Shown here piece after piece: positions 1 to 13,824 of a stretch of DNA of 64,000 nt. The stretch is from NCBI GenBank assembly GCA_964035545.1, contig OZ037768.1:24461319-24525318 (forward strand). Reading direction: 5' to 3'. This stretch comes from Bugula neritina (Eukaryota > Animalia > Bryozoa). The notes beneath the pieces are model-generated. The model saw nothing but the letters and a program-made list of their open reading frames with translations, was not told the DNA's origin and did no database searches. Within the stretch, counting starts at the first letter, position 1; each line of letters starts with the position of its first letter. The translations under genes were made by a program, and so were the position numbers.

Positions 1-1405
1 ATGATGCTTTTTAAATAGAGGAAATAACTCTTTCACTTGGTGTGTTGCAGGAAATAATATTATGTGTCAAAAGTAACGCTAAACCGACCCCTGAGATCTA
101 ACTTTCAGCCCAAGTATTTCCTGATTATTGCGGACGTAAAATGTTTTGTGCTGGCCGAGATAGGCCTCATACTACATGGTGGCTTAGGAGTAGCTGTCGA
201 TCGATTTACGGCTCGATTGCTATCGAAGGCACGTCGGTCTAATTGCGACCGGCATGTATCAACAAGCTTGCTTTGGCGATTGAATTTTGGGCCTAGCAGT
301 TAGTTGTGTTGTCTTGTTTTTCCATTTACTTTTGTCTTGCGCTCATAGTCACACTGAGTGACTCATAGTATTAGTTATACTCACAGATTTGCGACTCTGA
401 CTCGTTTTTATTTTATAGCTTAATGCAGATGTAGCTACAAAATACCAAGTTCAATCACTTTATTGGTTGCTATTTTATTTAGTTTTATGCATATGTAATA
501 TAAATATGTAAATGATTATGTATAGAAATAGAATTAGTATTACTATAACTATTAGGCCAGTAATTTTAGTAATTGTAAAACTTAAACTGCAAAAGTAAGT
601 TTAGAATTACTATTACTATTAGTAATACTAATAGTAATAGTATTACTATTATTATTATAGTAGATTATTAATATTATTACTATTACTATTAGTATAAGTA
701 ATACTATTACTATTAGTACAACAATAAGAGTAGCATTACACATTTACAGTAACACTAACACAGTTACTGTAAGTGTAACACTTACAGTAACTGTGTGCTA
801 GAGTAACAGTAACACGAACACTAAGTCTAGCTAGTAACTGTAATTCCAATGCTGTTAGTATTAGTATTAAACTTGGTATTAATAATAATATTACTATTAG
901 TATTACTATTTCAATTTGTAATACTAATATTTATAATAATATTATTAATAATATCAATATTATTACATCGTCATCTCACAGGGATACGACTGCTGACTAG
1001 ACCAAGTCACGGAGTACCATACTCGTAGTCATAGTGATAGTAAACTAGAAGTAGAAGTAGACCTACAGCTACTCGCTGACTAGCGGTAGTATTACTAGTG
1101 GTACTTTAACTCTGGTAGTATCTTTCATCTTGAAACTGTTCTTTGAAATATAATGTTATATATATAATATACTAACATAGTTACACTCAATCTTAGCATT
1201 GTGACTATAAATTAATATTAAAGACCAACGTTATAAACTATCACGTTCGATTCATACTGATACTGACTCTGTGTTTAATTAGTAAATTATTGATGTGATC
1301 CTCGCTGGGCCTGCCGTCTACCCGCTTCTAGAGGTGGAAGTACTCTCACAGTTACTGGTAGATTGACTGCCATTATCTCACCAGATTTTAGCTAGATAAC
1401 ATTTA

Positions 1406-4400
1406 ATGTCTTCCAAATTGACCAAGCACAAGACCAAGAAGGTCAAAGCTGTACAGCAAAAGAAGAAGCTGTTTCGTGCAAATGAACCGGTGCTCAGCGT
1501 TTTTATGTGGGGAGTAAATTACAGTGTAAGTACCAAGTTAAGACTACTGTAAGTATTGACATGTTTGTATGTATGTTAGATTTAGTTGTGTAATTTTGAT
1601 GTTAATTACGTGCCACAGGACTCAAAATATATAGAATAAGGGAATGACATCGGTACTTAATCTTGATAGTTTGATTCAAGCTCCGCACAGAAGGGACGTC
1701 AAAAAATTCTTCGTTAAGTGATTAATAATTGCAAGAATATTTCTATGCAAGTAACCAGTGACTTGAATCTAAGTTCTTAAAAAAACCTAAAAACAAACAA
1801 ACATTAATAGGGTATTGCTCTTACTGCAGTCAAGTCACATACTATATGGAAATTTAACGCCCACTTACTGAGCTATCAAGTTGCTACTAACTGTAATATA
1901 ACATGGATATAGTTGAAAGTCCTATGAAGGATGTAGAGTTTACTAAAGTAGACCTAGTAGTGCAGTGTGCAAGGTCCCCCATGTAGTACTGATGGTGGTA
2001 TTTACTGCCAGCATATCATGTTACACAATGTAATAATATTGTAACTTTGTAGCTTCTCTATGCTTAATAAGTATAATCACTTTAGTTTTAAGGTTTGCAA
2101 TTTCATTAAAAAAATTCTCAAAATTTGGATTATGTCTTTCAACTACAAGTTTAGCTTCTTGTTAATCAAGGCTTAGTAATTCTCTTATGGAGGTGCATTG
2201 CCTGATCACATCCTAATAAACTACTCAGTCATAGTTACTAATAAACTCACTCACAGTCACTTACAAACTTACTCACAGTCACTCATAAACTTCTCACTCA
2301 CAGTCACTTGCAAACTCATCACCCTTCATAACTGTTCAACTATTCCTTGTGATTATGATCACCACCTCACACAAGTTGAAGTGTAACTTTTTACTTCCAG
2401 TGAAACTACTTTTGCTGAAGGGATTCTTTTTCAACCACACCGACTTATATTTTCCTGACACTAAAGAGTGTTTTCTCATTGTTAACCATTAAACTGTAAA
2501 GTTTTCCAATGGCAGATACTGGTCTACTGTAGTAGAAACAAACTCAAGATATCTGTTTAAATTGTTTCGTCCATCTCAGTTACCCAGTCAACTTTTTCTC
2601 TGCCTGTTCAGCGTGTGCTGCAGAGATGCCTAGAAATGTATGAATATTATAGCATCTTCAATGAAGTCATGTTGTGTGTGCATTCTATTACATATCTCCA
2701 AGTAGCTATTAACTATTCTATCCAGCAGTGCATAAAATAAACTGCATTTAAAACTCAGCATGGAGTGTGTATTGATTTTAGAACTGTGTAAAGGCCAGGG
2801 TTTACTATATATACTAGCCACTGTATGTAATTATACAAATCAGTCTAATAAAAAGATCAATGATAGTATAAATGTACAAGTGGACACATTCCCAAGGGTG
2901 TCTTTATCTCTCAACATTAGTTAATGTGTGCAACTCAAACACAACCATCTGTTACTCCTGCAAACTCTGTTACATTTAGTTGGCTGTTCATTTCCAATAC
3001 TTGGCACTCCGTCAAGTCCGGGATAGCGCTGACAATGGTGAATGTATTTTAGCCGAACTGAAATGACATTTTCACTGCTATACAAGTTGTTGATTATGAT
3101 GACGTAAAGCTGCTAGAGTGTATATTATTAGGCTATTGCCTTTCTCTTGCGTGTTGATTCACATTGAATAGCTATTGAAACTGTGCTCAATATTTAGTCC
3201 TACAAAAATATATAACAATACATGAACCCACCTTAATTAGCTTCAGTTTACTACTTGAGTTTATTTACTTGACTGGTTCATGCAATACAATATTACAATA
3301 CATTGTATTCCAATATATTATATTACAATATATTATATTACAACATATTACAGATCACCAACCTGAGTCATGTGGATGAACCCAGTCTTCTACTTCCAGA
3401 GCATTTCAAAGCCTTCTCCAAGGTTCGGGTGGACAACAGCAACTACAACAAGTGAGGGTCACTGTTAGGGGTCACTGTTAGGGGTACTAGAGGTCACTGT
3501 TAGAGGTCACTGTTGGGGGTACTAGAGGTCACTGTTAGAGGTACTAGGGGTCACTGTTAGGGGTACTAGAGGTCACTGTTAGGGGTACTAGAGGTCACTG
3601 TTAGGGGTACTAGAGGTCACTGTTAGGGGTACTAGAGGTCACTGTTAGGGGTACTAGAGGTCACTGTTAGTGGTACTAGGGGTCACTGTTAGGGGTACTA
3701 GGGGTCACTGTTAGGGGTACTAGGGGTCACTGTTAGGGGTACTAGGGGTCACTGTTAGGGGTACTAGAGGTCACTGTTAGGGGTACTAGAGGTCACTGTT
3801 AGGGGTACTAGGGGTCACTGTTAGGGGTACTAGAGGTCACTGTTAGGGGTACTAGAAAGCAGAAAGACATCTGATTAGAGCAGAATTGAAACTGAATGAC
3901 TTGAACATGCTTTAACTTTGAACTCTTATCAAAAGTTGCTGGTAGTGGGCATGTGACGGGTGAGTGTTTCTGGGCTGTACTAACGCAACTAGACTTTCTT
4001 CTGTTGGTTTAGTGTTTCACGGGATGTGATAATAGCTGTATATATTAGTTCTCATAGAGATAGGATGAGGGTACCACTTTGACTGCCACTACTATGCGTT
4101 GTATTCCATTCTACTCACCACTTTTAGCAGTCCTTAAGTGTTCACTTATTTACTAGCTACTAATATATACTACCTACTAATATATACTAACTACTACTGC
4201 ATACTAATATATTATACTAACTACTACATACTAACTACTATATACTAACTACTAGATACTAACTACTACATACTAACTACTACATACTAACTACTATATA
4301 CTAACTACTACATACTAACTACTACATACTAACTACTACATACTAACTACTACATACTAACTACTACATACTAACTACTACATACTAACTACTACATACT

Positions 4401-7400
4401 AACTACTACATACTAACTACTACATACTAACTACTACATACTAACTACTATATACTAACTACTACATACTAACTACTACATACTAACTACTACATACTAA
4501 CTACTAGATACTAACTACTACATACTAACTACTACATACTAACTACTACATACTAACTACTATATACTAACTACTATATACTAACTACTACACACTAACT
4601 ACTACATACTAACTACTACATACTAACTACTACATACTAACTACTACATACTAACTACTACATACTAACTACTATATACTGCATACTAACTACTATATAC
4701 TAACTACTCAAAATAACTCATTACACCACACTTTATGTCTACTTGTTGCCTTCAGTGACACACATTGAGCACATTAGCCTTTGTATCTTCTGCACCACTC
4801 TGTATGCGGTAGGGGTGGGGTAAGGGAGGTTATTAAATATATTATTATGCACAGGTTCAGAAGGCCACTAAAACATGAGTATACTGTGTAGGCCTACATA
4901 TATTGTTGATACAGGATGTCCTTCACCCTTCAGACATCATCATTCCATTCCTTCTGTGTAATAATCTAGCTAATCCTCCTTCTTGTAGTATTTATTTGCT
5001 TCAGTCTACTTCAGTCTACTTCAGTCTCAACAGTTTATGAATATACTATACTCTATACTATATACTATACACTATACACTATACTATACAATATACACTA
5101 TACTCTATACAATATACTATACTCCACAATATACTATACAATATACACTATACTATACAATATACACTATACACTATAATATACACTATACAATATACAC
5201 TATACTATACAATACTCTATACTATACAATATACTCTATACACTATACTATATACTATACTCTATACACTATACTATACAATATACACTATACACTATAA
5301 TATACACTATACAATATACACTATACTCTATACAATATACACTATACTATACACTATACTCTATACACTAACTGTATTGTAGAGAAAACATGCCCAGTCA
5401 TTTCAGGGTGAAGGAGTACTGCCCCCTGGTGTTCAGGAACATCAGAGAGAGGTTCAACGTATGCGATGATGAGTTCATGGTGAGTTGTGTTCTCTCTATC
5501 TACTTACCTTTCCCCTTCTTATACTTACTATACTATACTTACCTCTCACTATACTATACTATGCTATACTATATACTACATACTATACTATACTATATAC
5601 TATACTATACTATATACTATACTATATACTATACTATATACTATACTATATACTATATTATATACTATACTATATACTATACTATATACTATACTCTATC
5701 CCACAGAACTCCCTCACCAAGTCTCAGCCGATAGATCAGAATGAGACGAGTGGGAAGAGCGGAGCCAGGTTCTTCCTGTCTGAAGACAAACTCTACATCA
5801 TAAAGACGGTGACGTCAGAGGAAGTGGAGGCGGTGCACGCTCTGCTCGCCGAGTACCACCAGGTATTCTAGCAGCTTCTTCTCTCTATATTCTAGCAGCT
5901 TCCTCTTCCTGTATTCTAGCAGCTTCCCCTCTCTGTATTCTAGCAGCTTCCTCTCTCTGTATTCTAGCAGCTTCCTCTCTCTGTATTCTAGCAGCTTCCT
6001 CTTCCTGTATTCTAGCAGCTTCCTCTCTCTGTATTCTAGCAGCTTCCTCTTCCTGTATTCTAGCAGCTTCCTCTCTCTGTATTCTAGCAGCTTCCTCTCT
6101 CTGTATTCTAGCAGCTTCCTCTTCCTGTATTCTAGCTGCTTCCTCTTTCTGTATTCTAGCAGCTTCCTCTCTCTGTATTCTAGCAGCTTCCTCTTCCTGT
6201 ATTCTAGCTGCTTCCTCTCTCTGTATTCTAGCCACTGTGTCATAAGGTGGTACATGCTGAGTCATAAGGTGGTACATGCTGAGTCATAAGGTGGTACATA
6301 CTGAGTCATAAGGTGATACACATGACGTTGTGTTGCAGCACGTGGTAGAGCAACACGCCAAAACCCTCCTCCCTCAGTACCTGGCCATGTACAGGGTGAC
6401 GGTGAATGACACGGAGAACTACCTGCTAGTCATGAGGAATGTATTCTCTCCTTTCCGGACAGTTCATACGAAGTATGACATAAAGGTGAGTCAATAGTTA
6501 CTAGTCAATAGTTACTAGTCAGTAGTCACTAGTCAGTAGTTACTAGTCAGTAGTTACTAGTCAGTAGTCACTAGTCAGTAGTTACTAGTCACTAATCACA
6601 CCATACTACAGGGCTCACTGATAGACCGAGCAGCCACAGATAAAGAGAAGAGTAAAGACTTGCCGACCTTCAAGGACGTTGACCTGATAAATGATGACCT
6701 GAAGATCAGCATCGGGGAGTTGGCTAAGGAGGAGTTCATGGAGACGTTACAGCGTGACGTTGACGTTAGTTTTACACAATATATTACTATATTGTATAAT
6801 ATATTACTATATTATATAATATTAAATTACTATTAATTTATATAATATTAAATTATTATTTCATATAATATTATATTACTCCCTAGTGGATTTCTTGCTC
6901 TCTCCTCGTACTGTGCAGTAATGAATGCAACTTCTACTACTAATGTATATACTTACACTACTAACGTGTATACTTACTTTACTAATGTATATACTTTTAC
7001 TACTAACGTATATACTTACACTACTAACGTATATACTTACTTTACTAATGTATATACTTACTTTACTAACATATATACTTACACTACTAACGTGTATACT
7101 TACTTTACTAATGTATATACTTACACTACTAACGTATATACTTACACTACTAACGTATATACTTACTTTACTAATGTATATCCTTACTTTACTAATGCGT
7201 ATACTTACTTTACTAATGTATATACTTACTCTACTAATGTATATACTTACACTACTAATGTATATACTTACTTTAGTACTGTTATACTTACAGTGGCTCA
7301 CTAAGCTTAAGCTCATGGACTACAGTCTGCTCATTGGAATACACGACTGTGATAGGGCACTGGTAGAGGCGGAGCAAGCTGAGTCCGAGGAGAATGGTGA

Positions 7401-8550
7401 ACGGGTGAGAGCAATCTGATTGGTTGTTTACTGTGTGACAGTATCTGATTGGTTGTTTACTGTGTGACAGTATCTGATTGGCTGGTGTCTCTGGTATCAG
7501 TTAATTCGTATGGTCTTTCTGAAACTCTAATTGTATGCATTTTCTGTAACACTCTCGTATATTTGTGTTTTCACAGGAAAGTAGTGACGATGCGGAACTG
7601 TCCAGCAGTCCCGGGGGAGGGGCACGCGGTCTTACCCCTCCCCAAAGTCCTCTCACTTACCTCTCTAAGAACCCCAACATTGATCCGGACCTTGACCAGT
7701 TTGCTGTGAAATCTGGAGCAGGTATTTGAATCTGCTACTCTACATGATGTCTACAGTGTTGTGTTATACAGTATTATATAGTACTACATGATGTCTACAG
7801 TGTTGTGTTATACAGTATTATATAGTACTACATGATGTCTACAGTGTTGTGTTATACAGTATTATATAGTACTACATGATGTCTACAGTGTTGTGTTATA
7901 CAGTATTATATAGTACTACATGATGTCTACAGTGTTGTGTTATACAGAACTGTATGGCATATCGTCTGCAGAAGGTATGACTCATCACTGGTTGAGTGTA
8001 TCTGCTGTGAAGTGTCATGTGTGTATAGCATGGTTTGAGGGCACCTGTCACCACTGCATGGTGATTGTCAAGTCTCTCTGCATATACAAGTACATGTTAC
8101 CCTCTTGCATTATCTCATGCCCCTAAATAAATCAAGGGACTAGTGTCAGCACCTCATTTGTGCTGACAACTCCCAAATTCTTGTTCTTGCAGCCAAGAGG
8201 GTTTTTATTTTAAGCTCTTATTAGAAATTGCTATACTTGCAAGGAATTCAGGCAGAGCTCACTAAAGTTATCTTCTCCTGAATGTGCGCAATGTTTAGTT
8301 GTACTCAGCATGTGTCTATTACATGTCTGTCAGTAAAGCTGAAAGTTTCCTACCTTCTGTTTCAGAGAGTGAAAAGCCGTTGTTCTACTACATGGCACTC
8401 ATAGACATCCTCACACACTACGGAATGAAGAAGCGCACGGCTAATGCTGCCAAGCAGGTGAAACACGGCAGTGGGGCTGAGATATCTACAGTGAAACCTG
8501 AGCAATATGCTAAACGATTTACAGACTTTATTAACAAGATCATAGACTGA
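1406..8550 (+). CDS. PIP4K2: Phosphatidylinositol 5-phosphate 4-kinase type 2, 9 coding exons (1406-1525, 3354-3451, 5383-5479, 5707-5862, 6339-6485, 6612-6764, 7294-7404, 7577-7721, 8366-8550)
   Basis: GT-AG exons join in frame: [83 protein letters not shown]. These are characteristic PIP4K2 motifs. AATAAA near 9124. Confidence 0.95.
3457..3856 (+). repeat. 22-bp minisatellite abutting a splice donor (PIP4K2 intron 2)
   Basis: (GTCACTGTTAGGGGTACTAGAG)n starts within a few bases of the GT at 3452. Confidence 0.95.
4205..4707 (+). repeat. 14-bp minisatellite containing TACTAAC
   Basis: (CATACTAACTACTA)n, about 35 copies. Confidence 0.95.
5040..5700 (+). repeat. (CTATA)n-type low-complexity arrays on both sides of PIP4K2 exon 3
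   Basis: Arrays at about 5040-5370 and 5520-5700, each ending near an acceptor. Confidence 0.9.
5863..6231 (+). repeat. 24-bp minisatellite whose unit starts at the donor GT
   Basis: (GTATTCTAGCAGCTTCCTCTCTCT)n, about 15 copies. Confidence 0.95.
6935..7293 (+). repeat. 21-bp minisatellite running into an acceptor
   Basis: (TACTAAYGTATATACTTACAC/TT)n; the intron ends ...TATACTTACAG. Confidence 0.95.
7736..7948 (+). repeat. 44-bp minisatellite near a donor
   Basis: About 4.7 copies of TACATGATGTCTACAGTGTTGTGTTATACAGTATTATATAGTAC. Confidence 0.95.
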
Positions 8551-9341
8551 GGGAAGTGACCTTGAACGACCTTGACATACTCATAGTCTATAGATATTTT
8601 GTACAGCTGTTTTCATATTTGTGTAGAGAAACATTCACACTTCTTAACTGACCAATCAAATTGGTGATCATATACAATCCTTACTCTCATTGGTTTATAA
8701 TTTGTAAGCTTTCTTTTATTTGGTGACCCTGGAGCATTACTTCTCACTTCAATATTTTGCAGTGTGTTTCTATCTCTGCTGGTAATTCAATTCCCAATAT
8801 TCACAGTCTAGAAGATTCTGAGTATTTTATTGCTGCTATTTTTCTTTTCTTGTTTTTATGTTGATTAGCTTGAAGGATAAATATTCGTACACCACCTCTC
8901 TATCTTCCACCAAACTGTGTCATTTATATTGTAACATTATATTATTATATTATATTATTTTTATGTTACTTCTGCACCTATTCTATTTACAGAACCCATT
9001 ACGGTCAGTTAGCCAATCAGTGAGGCTCACTCCACACTCTTACTCACTGTATTACCAATTCTCATATATTTATATTAGATATACTACTAAGAAATAGGTG
9101 CATGTCAACCCCTTACAGTCATAATAAATAAAATTCTTACTCAATAATACACATCACTTTACTCATGCATTACACTAAGGCTGTCATATTTTCAAAAATA
9201 GAAAAAATGGCTTCAACAAATTTATTAAAACTAAAAGTTTCTTAGCTACAAAATAGAACATGTGTAAAACAAAAGTAAAAATAATTAGCAAACAATACTT
9301 AACAGTCTGTGAGTAAAAGTAAAACACATGAGAAAGTGAGA

Positions 9342-10507
9342 CTATTCCAACTGCTTATGAGAACCGTCACAAAATGGAGGGTTGTTAGTCTGCTTACAGT
9401 TACAGAAGTACACAGTTTTAGATTGCTCTGCCTTGACCTTTATAGATTTCAGAGGAAATGGGGGCTCCATCTTTTCTTTTGTCACAGGATCAAACTTGTG
9501 GGTGCCATCACAGAACGGCTACCAAATACAAACCAAACTGAAACTTCACGTTGCATAATATTTTTACGGATATAAAAAATTTCAAAAAAAGACAAAATAT
9601 TTTCTCTCAAGATTTTTATCAACAAGTCTCTCCCTTCTTGATAAAATCAACAATGTGTTTCATACATTCAGAAAAGTAACTGTCCAACAAGACGCAGTTT
9701 GGCCTCCTTTTATTTACTGACCAGATGCTGTTGGCCAAATATATCATGAGACTCATTTAAATGTCTATTGCACATATTTCAACTCTGATATGATCATCTT
9801 CAGCTTTTTAAAAAGTTTTGAAGTTCTGTCTGCTATACCAAAAAAATCTTATATATCAAATTAAGTACCAAACAGCCATTATAATAGCATCCATCACCTG
9901 GAATAGAGATTGCAGTTGTAACATCTCTATAATCTAATCAGGTTTTGGCCTTCAACCAAAATCACAAAATTAAAGCTAAGTGAAAGGTACTTTACATACT
10001 TGTTTGCTGCTTCTTCCGCACGAACACCAAGAATATATTTTTCCTTCGACAACTTCCACTTTAAAGGGTTTCTTTTCAAACACAATACCTTTAGGAGTAG
10101 TGCATAGCATTCTCTAAATTATATAAATAAATGCAATAATGAATAATATTTTAAATATTGCATTAGTTACTACAACTGTATGAATATAAGTTTTAATAAA
10201 CTTACTACATGACAATCATAATGATATGGATAATCAATATGTTTAAGCAGAATGGTATGAATTAATTGTATAAATACCAATAATAATTACTGCTATGAAT
10301 AGAATTAAATGTAACCTAATAATTAATCATTTAACGATATCTAATTTTACTCACTTTGACTTGGGTTTGACCCAGTCGGAGTCTCGGTACTACGAGTACG
10401 TCTCCGTCTCCTGATTCAACTTGTAGCTTTTGAATTCTTTGTAGTTTATAGGCCAACCTATAGTTCAAATTCAAACCTTGACTTACTTTCGTAATGTTTA
10501 ATTTCAT
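9342..10507 (-). CDS. CISD3: CDGSH iron-sulfur domain protein 3 (MiNT-like). Exons 10113-10000 and 9518-9342 are firm; the first exon 10507-10487 (MKLNITK) is tentative
   Basis: Hand translation gives KKPFKVEVVEGKIYSWCSCGRSSKQ|PFCDGTHK...VYFCNCKQTNNPPFCDGSHKQLE*. Two tandem CDGSH motifs (C-x-C-x7-C-D-G-S/T-H type) define CISD3. Phase-0 GT-AG intron. Not in the ORF track. Confidence 0.9.
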
Positions 10508-11157
10508 TTTAACTTAATATTTTGATAAACTTAGTGCATACAGCTACAGCTCCTTGCAAATCTTTACATGGAGTGGGAGTAACACAAGCAATCCAAGTCC
10601 ACTAATTTAGTAAGTGAAACTCTATCACTTTCGGTTTATTTGACTTGACCTAGCAAAAAGAGTTTTATTGAAAAAATTATATTAAAGAGGAACCCATAGG
10701 TTCTTCGTTAATTTCTAGCAATGTGCTTGGAGACTTGGGTTATTATCCCACAATAACCAACCGCACGTTATTTAGTATTTATAACCTGGCGACCAAAACA
10801 CCAACATTTTCCAACCAATAGAAAACGTTTAATTCAGAGACGGACAATGTAGTCTATGAAATATTACTCGCCGAGCAGGCGTTTAACTTATAGCTGGAAC
10901 TGACTTTAGCTGTAACAAACCAATTACATCTGGAATAAAATATCTTAATTGTTGCATACAGTTATAGCCTAAAAACTCTATATTTTAGGCTCATGCAGGC
11001 TATAAAACAGTAAAGCTGCAGTCAAATAAGCTGTCTTTTATAGCTATGAGTTATGGTATACATGAAACGTTAAACAGCTACTAGACGTTGAAGTTGGAAG
11101 TTGCAGACGTATCACATTGTATACTAAGAGATTTCAGGTTGACTCAAAGATAAAAAG

Positions 11158-11565
11158 ATGCCAGTAAGTTATGTTCCATATATACTTCAGTAGAATGTCT
11201 CACTATGTCTTATGTTTCTATACAGTAATGATTTAAAGTAATTAGTATAAAGGAATGAAACTATAAGTTAAATGATCGATGACATATTTCAGCAAACTTA
11301 CCGGGAGACAATGGAAGAAGAGAAGAAGAAGTACGACAGAGCAGTGCAAAGATGGCTTCGAGCTATGAGCAAAGCCGAGCTGGTTCGAAAATGGGTTGAG
11401 GAAGACAGGAAACGTGAGGAGGCGGAGAGACGGGCCAGGTTGAAGAGAATGCGAATGAGTTTTTGGGATAAAGTGATAGATACATTAGGGGCATTGGCCA
11501 GCTTTGCTAGCTTCTACTATATAGTCAGGTGGCTGGAAAACTATTTTAAAGGCAATGGCAAGTAA
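11158..11565 (+). CDS. Small orphan protein with a charged coiled-coil and a C-terminal hydrophobic segment; exons 11158-11163 (MP) and 11293-11565
   Basis: ATGCCA|GTAAGT donor, TTTCAG acceptor in frame with the 11272-11565 ORF, AATAAA at 11635. No family recognised. Confidence 0.55.
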
Positions 11566-12964
11566 CTTGACTTTCTTTATGCCTTCTTCTGGTTGCTTTC
11601 CAGTTTCATGGCTATTGTTTAGCACAAGTTCCTCAATAAAGAAATTTTAAACAATAACCTTGGTTTTCTATTTTGACCTGTGTGAATGATGAAGGTTATC
11701 CTCCCCCTCCCCTTATCATCACTTGTTGCCAGGGAGGTGTTGATGAGTGCGGGCATACAATATGGCAGCAGTTAAATAAGTCTCCAGCCATGGTTAGAGA
11801 TGATTTGAACAAATGGTTAGATAATTATATATAGTCATCGCAAAGTTAAAGCATGTTAAACCAGCTATAGTATAATTAATGTAACCTTTGCAGCTATTAT
11901 AGGATTATAATACAATTAATATAGGAGTGAAAATACAAGGTGAAACTTAAAGCTAAGTTCTTATGCACATACTAATTAAAAATCACTTCACACCTACCTA
12001 AACCGTTGATGGTAGTTAATTCCTTAAAGCTCATAATTTAATGTTTAATTTTTCTGAAAGCTTGGGATAAATTGCTCTGTAAAATTCTAAGAGCCAGAAT
12101 ACACCAGTTGTTGATAGCCTATCTGTTGGTATTTATACTTGATTAGTACTTATGCACTATTTCAATATTTATAGAAATATAAAGTTTTGTAGATACAAAT
12201 TGAAATTGTAGTAAAAAGAAATATATCACTATAATTATCAATAACCTGACATGATTTAATTTTATGCCAGCTGATTATAAATTTATTTTCGTTTTAAAGC
12301 TGACAATTCAAATAATATGGTATCCACTCTTTTTTTCTAGAGTGCTTTGCCTTGAAATTTTTGGGATTGCAGTTTGAAATAAAGTGACTAAGTCAACAAA
12401 ATTGAATGAAAAATATTTCAATTTACAAATTATGCAATGTCTTCTTAACTGATGCTAGCTAAAATGTAGGCACTTGCCCATCCGGTGAAGGGCAAACCTT
12501 TTGTATACCTTGGAACTCTAATTCAGCACCTTAATGAACCTACAAGAGGTGCAACTTATGCTTATTCAGAGTAAAGCTAGTGGGGACAATAATATAATTA
12601 TACTGTTCAGCTAAAAATTAGGAGATTACAACTTCTCATCCTTTGTGAGAAAAGCTTTGGGGGAAGTTACACCGGCACTTAACGTATAATTAAATAGAAA
12701 CCGCTAATAATCCAAAGAGTTCTACCAAACTCTATAACAATAAATACACCAACCAGACGAGACAGCCGCCATAACTGGCTGAGCGCTTGGACAGTCTTGT
12801 AGTGTTATAACTCTCTCTCGGTGTGACTACTGTATAGTAACCGTATATCTCTGTGACTAGTATATACATCTAGTAGACATTACATATCTCTGTGACTACT
12901 ATATACATCTAGTAGACATTACATATCTCTGTGGCCGATACTCTTATACTATCTGTAATAAAAT

Positions 12965-13824
12965 ATGGTGAGTTTTTCTGTTTATATTCTTGACTATTTA
13001 AACACATTTTTTAAACATATTTAAATATTATACTTAATTTACTATACTGCATCAACCAATGCAAAGCTGGAATCTTTTTGGGTTAGTTTATGAGTTTAAA
13101 TCTACAAGTTCAGTAGTCACCCTCTCACAGTTGTAACTAGCCATCTTCCTTTTCTATTCAGCCGGACTGTTCTTTCCGTCCTGTGAAAGTCACCAAAGCA
13201 GACGAAGCTGAGGTGAGAACAGAAAATGACGACATTTTAAACTTGCAACAAAAGGCTAAACAGAACTGGATGAGAAGACAAAGATTATATATTGAGAAGG
13301 CAAAACACTTGGTGATTATCAACCGGACACTGGAGGCTCCGCAGCTGGTAAACATAATGCTGACAGCAGGGTTGTGTCAGGCTCAGGAATTCAACCAGCT
13401 ACAGGTGATTCACTTGGTAAGGTGGGCAATAGAGTACAGAGAAGTAAGGCATTGGGAACTGCTGCCTGAAATGGTGTTCGAAAAAGCTAAGCTACTCAAG
13501 ATAATAGAAGAGTTGCATATGGAGAAGCTGGTAGCCAGTGCTCTGGCCAAAGAGAAGCCCATAAAGCCCCAACAGCTGACCATGTTATTGGTTAATGCTC
13601 TGATAAGGAGTGAAATAATGCAACATAGAGACAGATGGGTAGCTAGAGCCTCATTACACGTCATAGCATTCAATAAAGTCATGCAGCTGATGGTTGAAGG
13701 TGGAGTTAAGAAATATACAGACTGCTCCCTTCTAGTTGTAGTGATGGAAGTTACCTGTATCTGCTTTATTATCCAAACAGTGAGACAACATCTGGATCAT
13801 CACTCATCACCTATACCTGTGTGA
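12965..13824 (+). CDS. Orphan protein of about 221 aa; the first coding exon is only ATG (12965-12967), second exon 13162-13824
   Basis: ATG|GTGAGT donor and a pyrimidine-rich TTCAG acceptor in frame with the 213-aa ORF. Non-repetitive, coding-like composition. Confidence 0.6.

Noticed and set aside
64-303. 79-aa ORF at the window start
   Set aside because: Non-ATG start and no recognisable motif; more likely promoter or 5' UTR sequence upstream of PIP4K2.
5037-7419. Y/T/I-rich and EEAARIQ-repeat ORFs
   Set aside because: Translations of intronic minisatellites; only the embedded PIP4K2 exons are coding.
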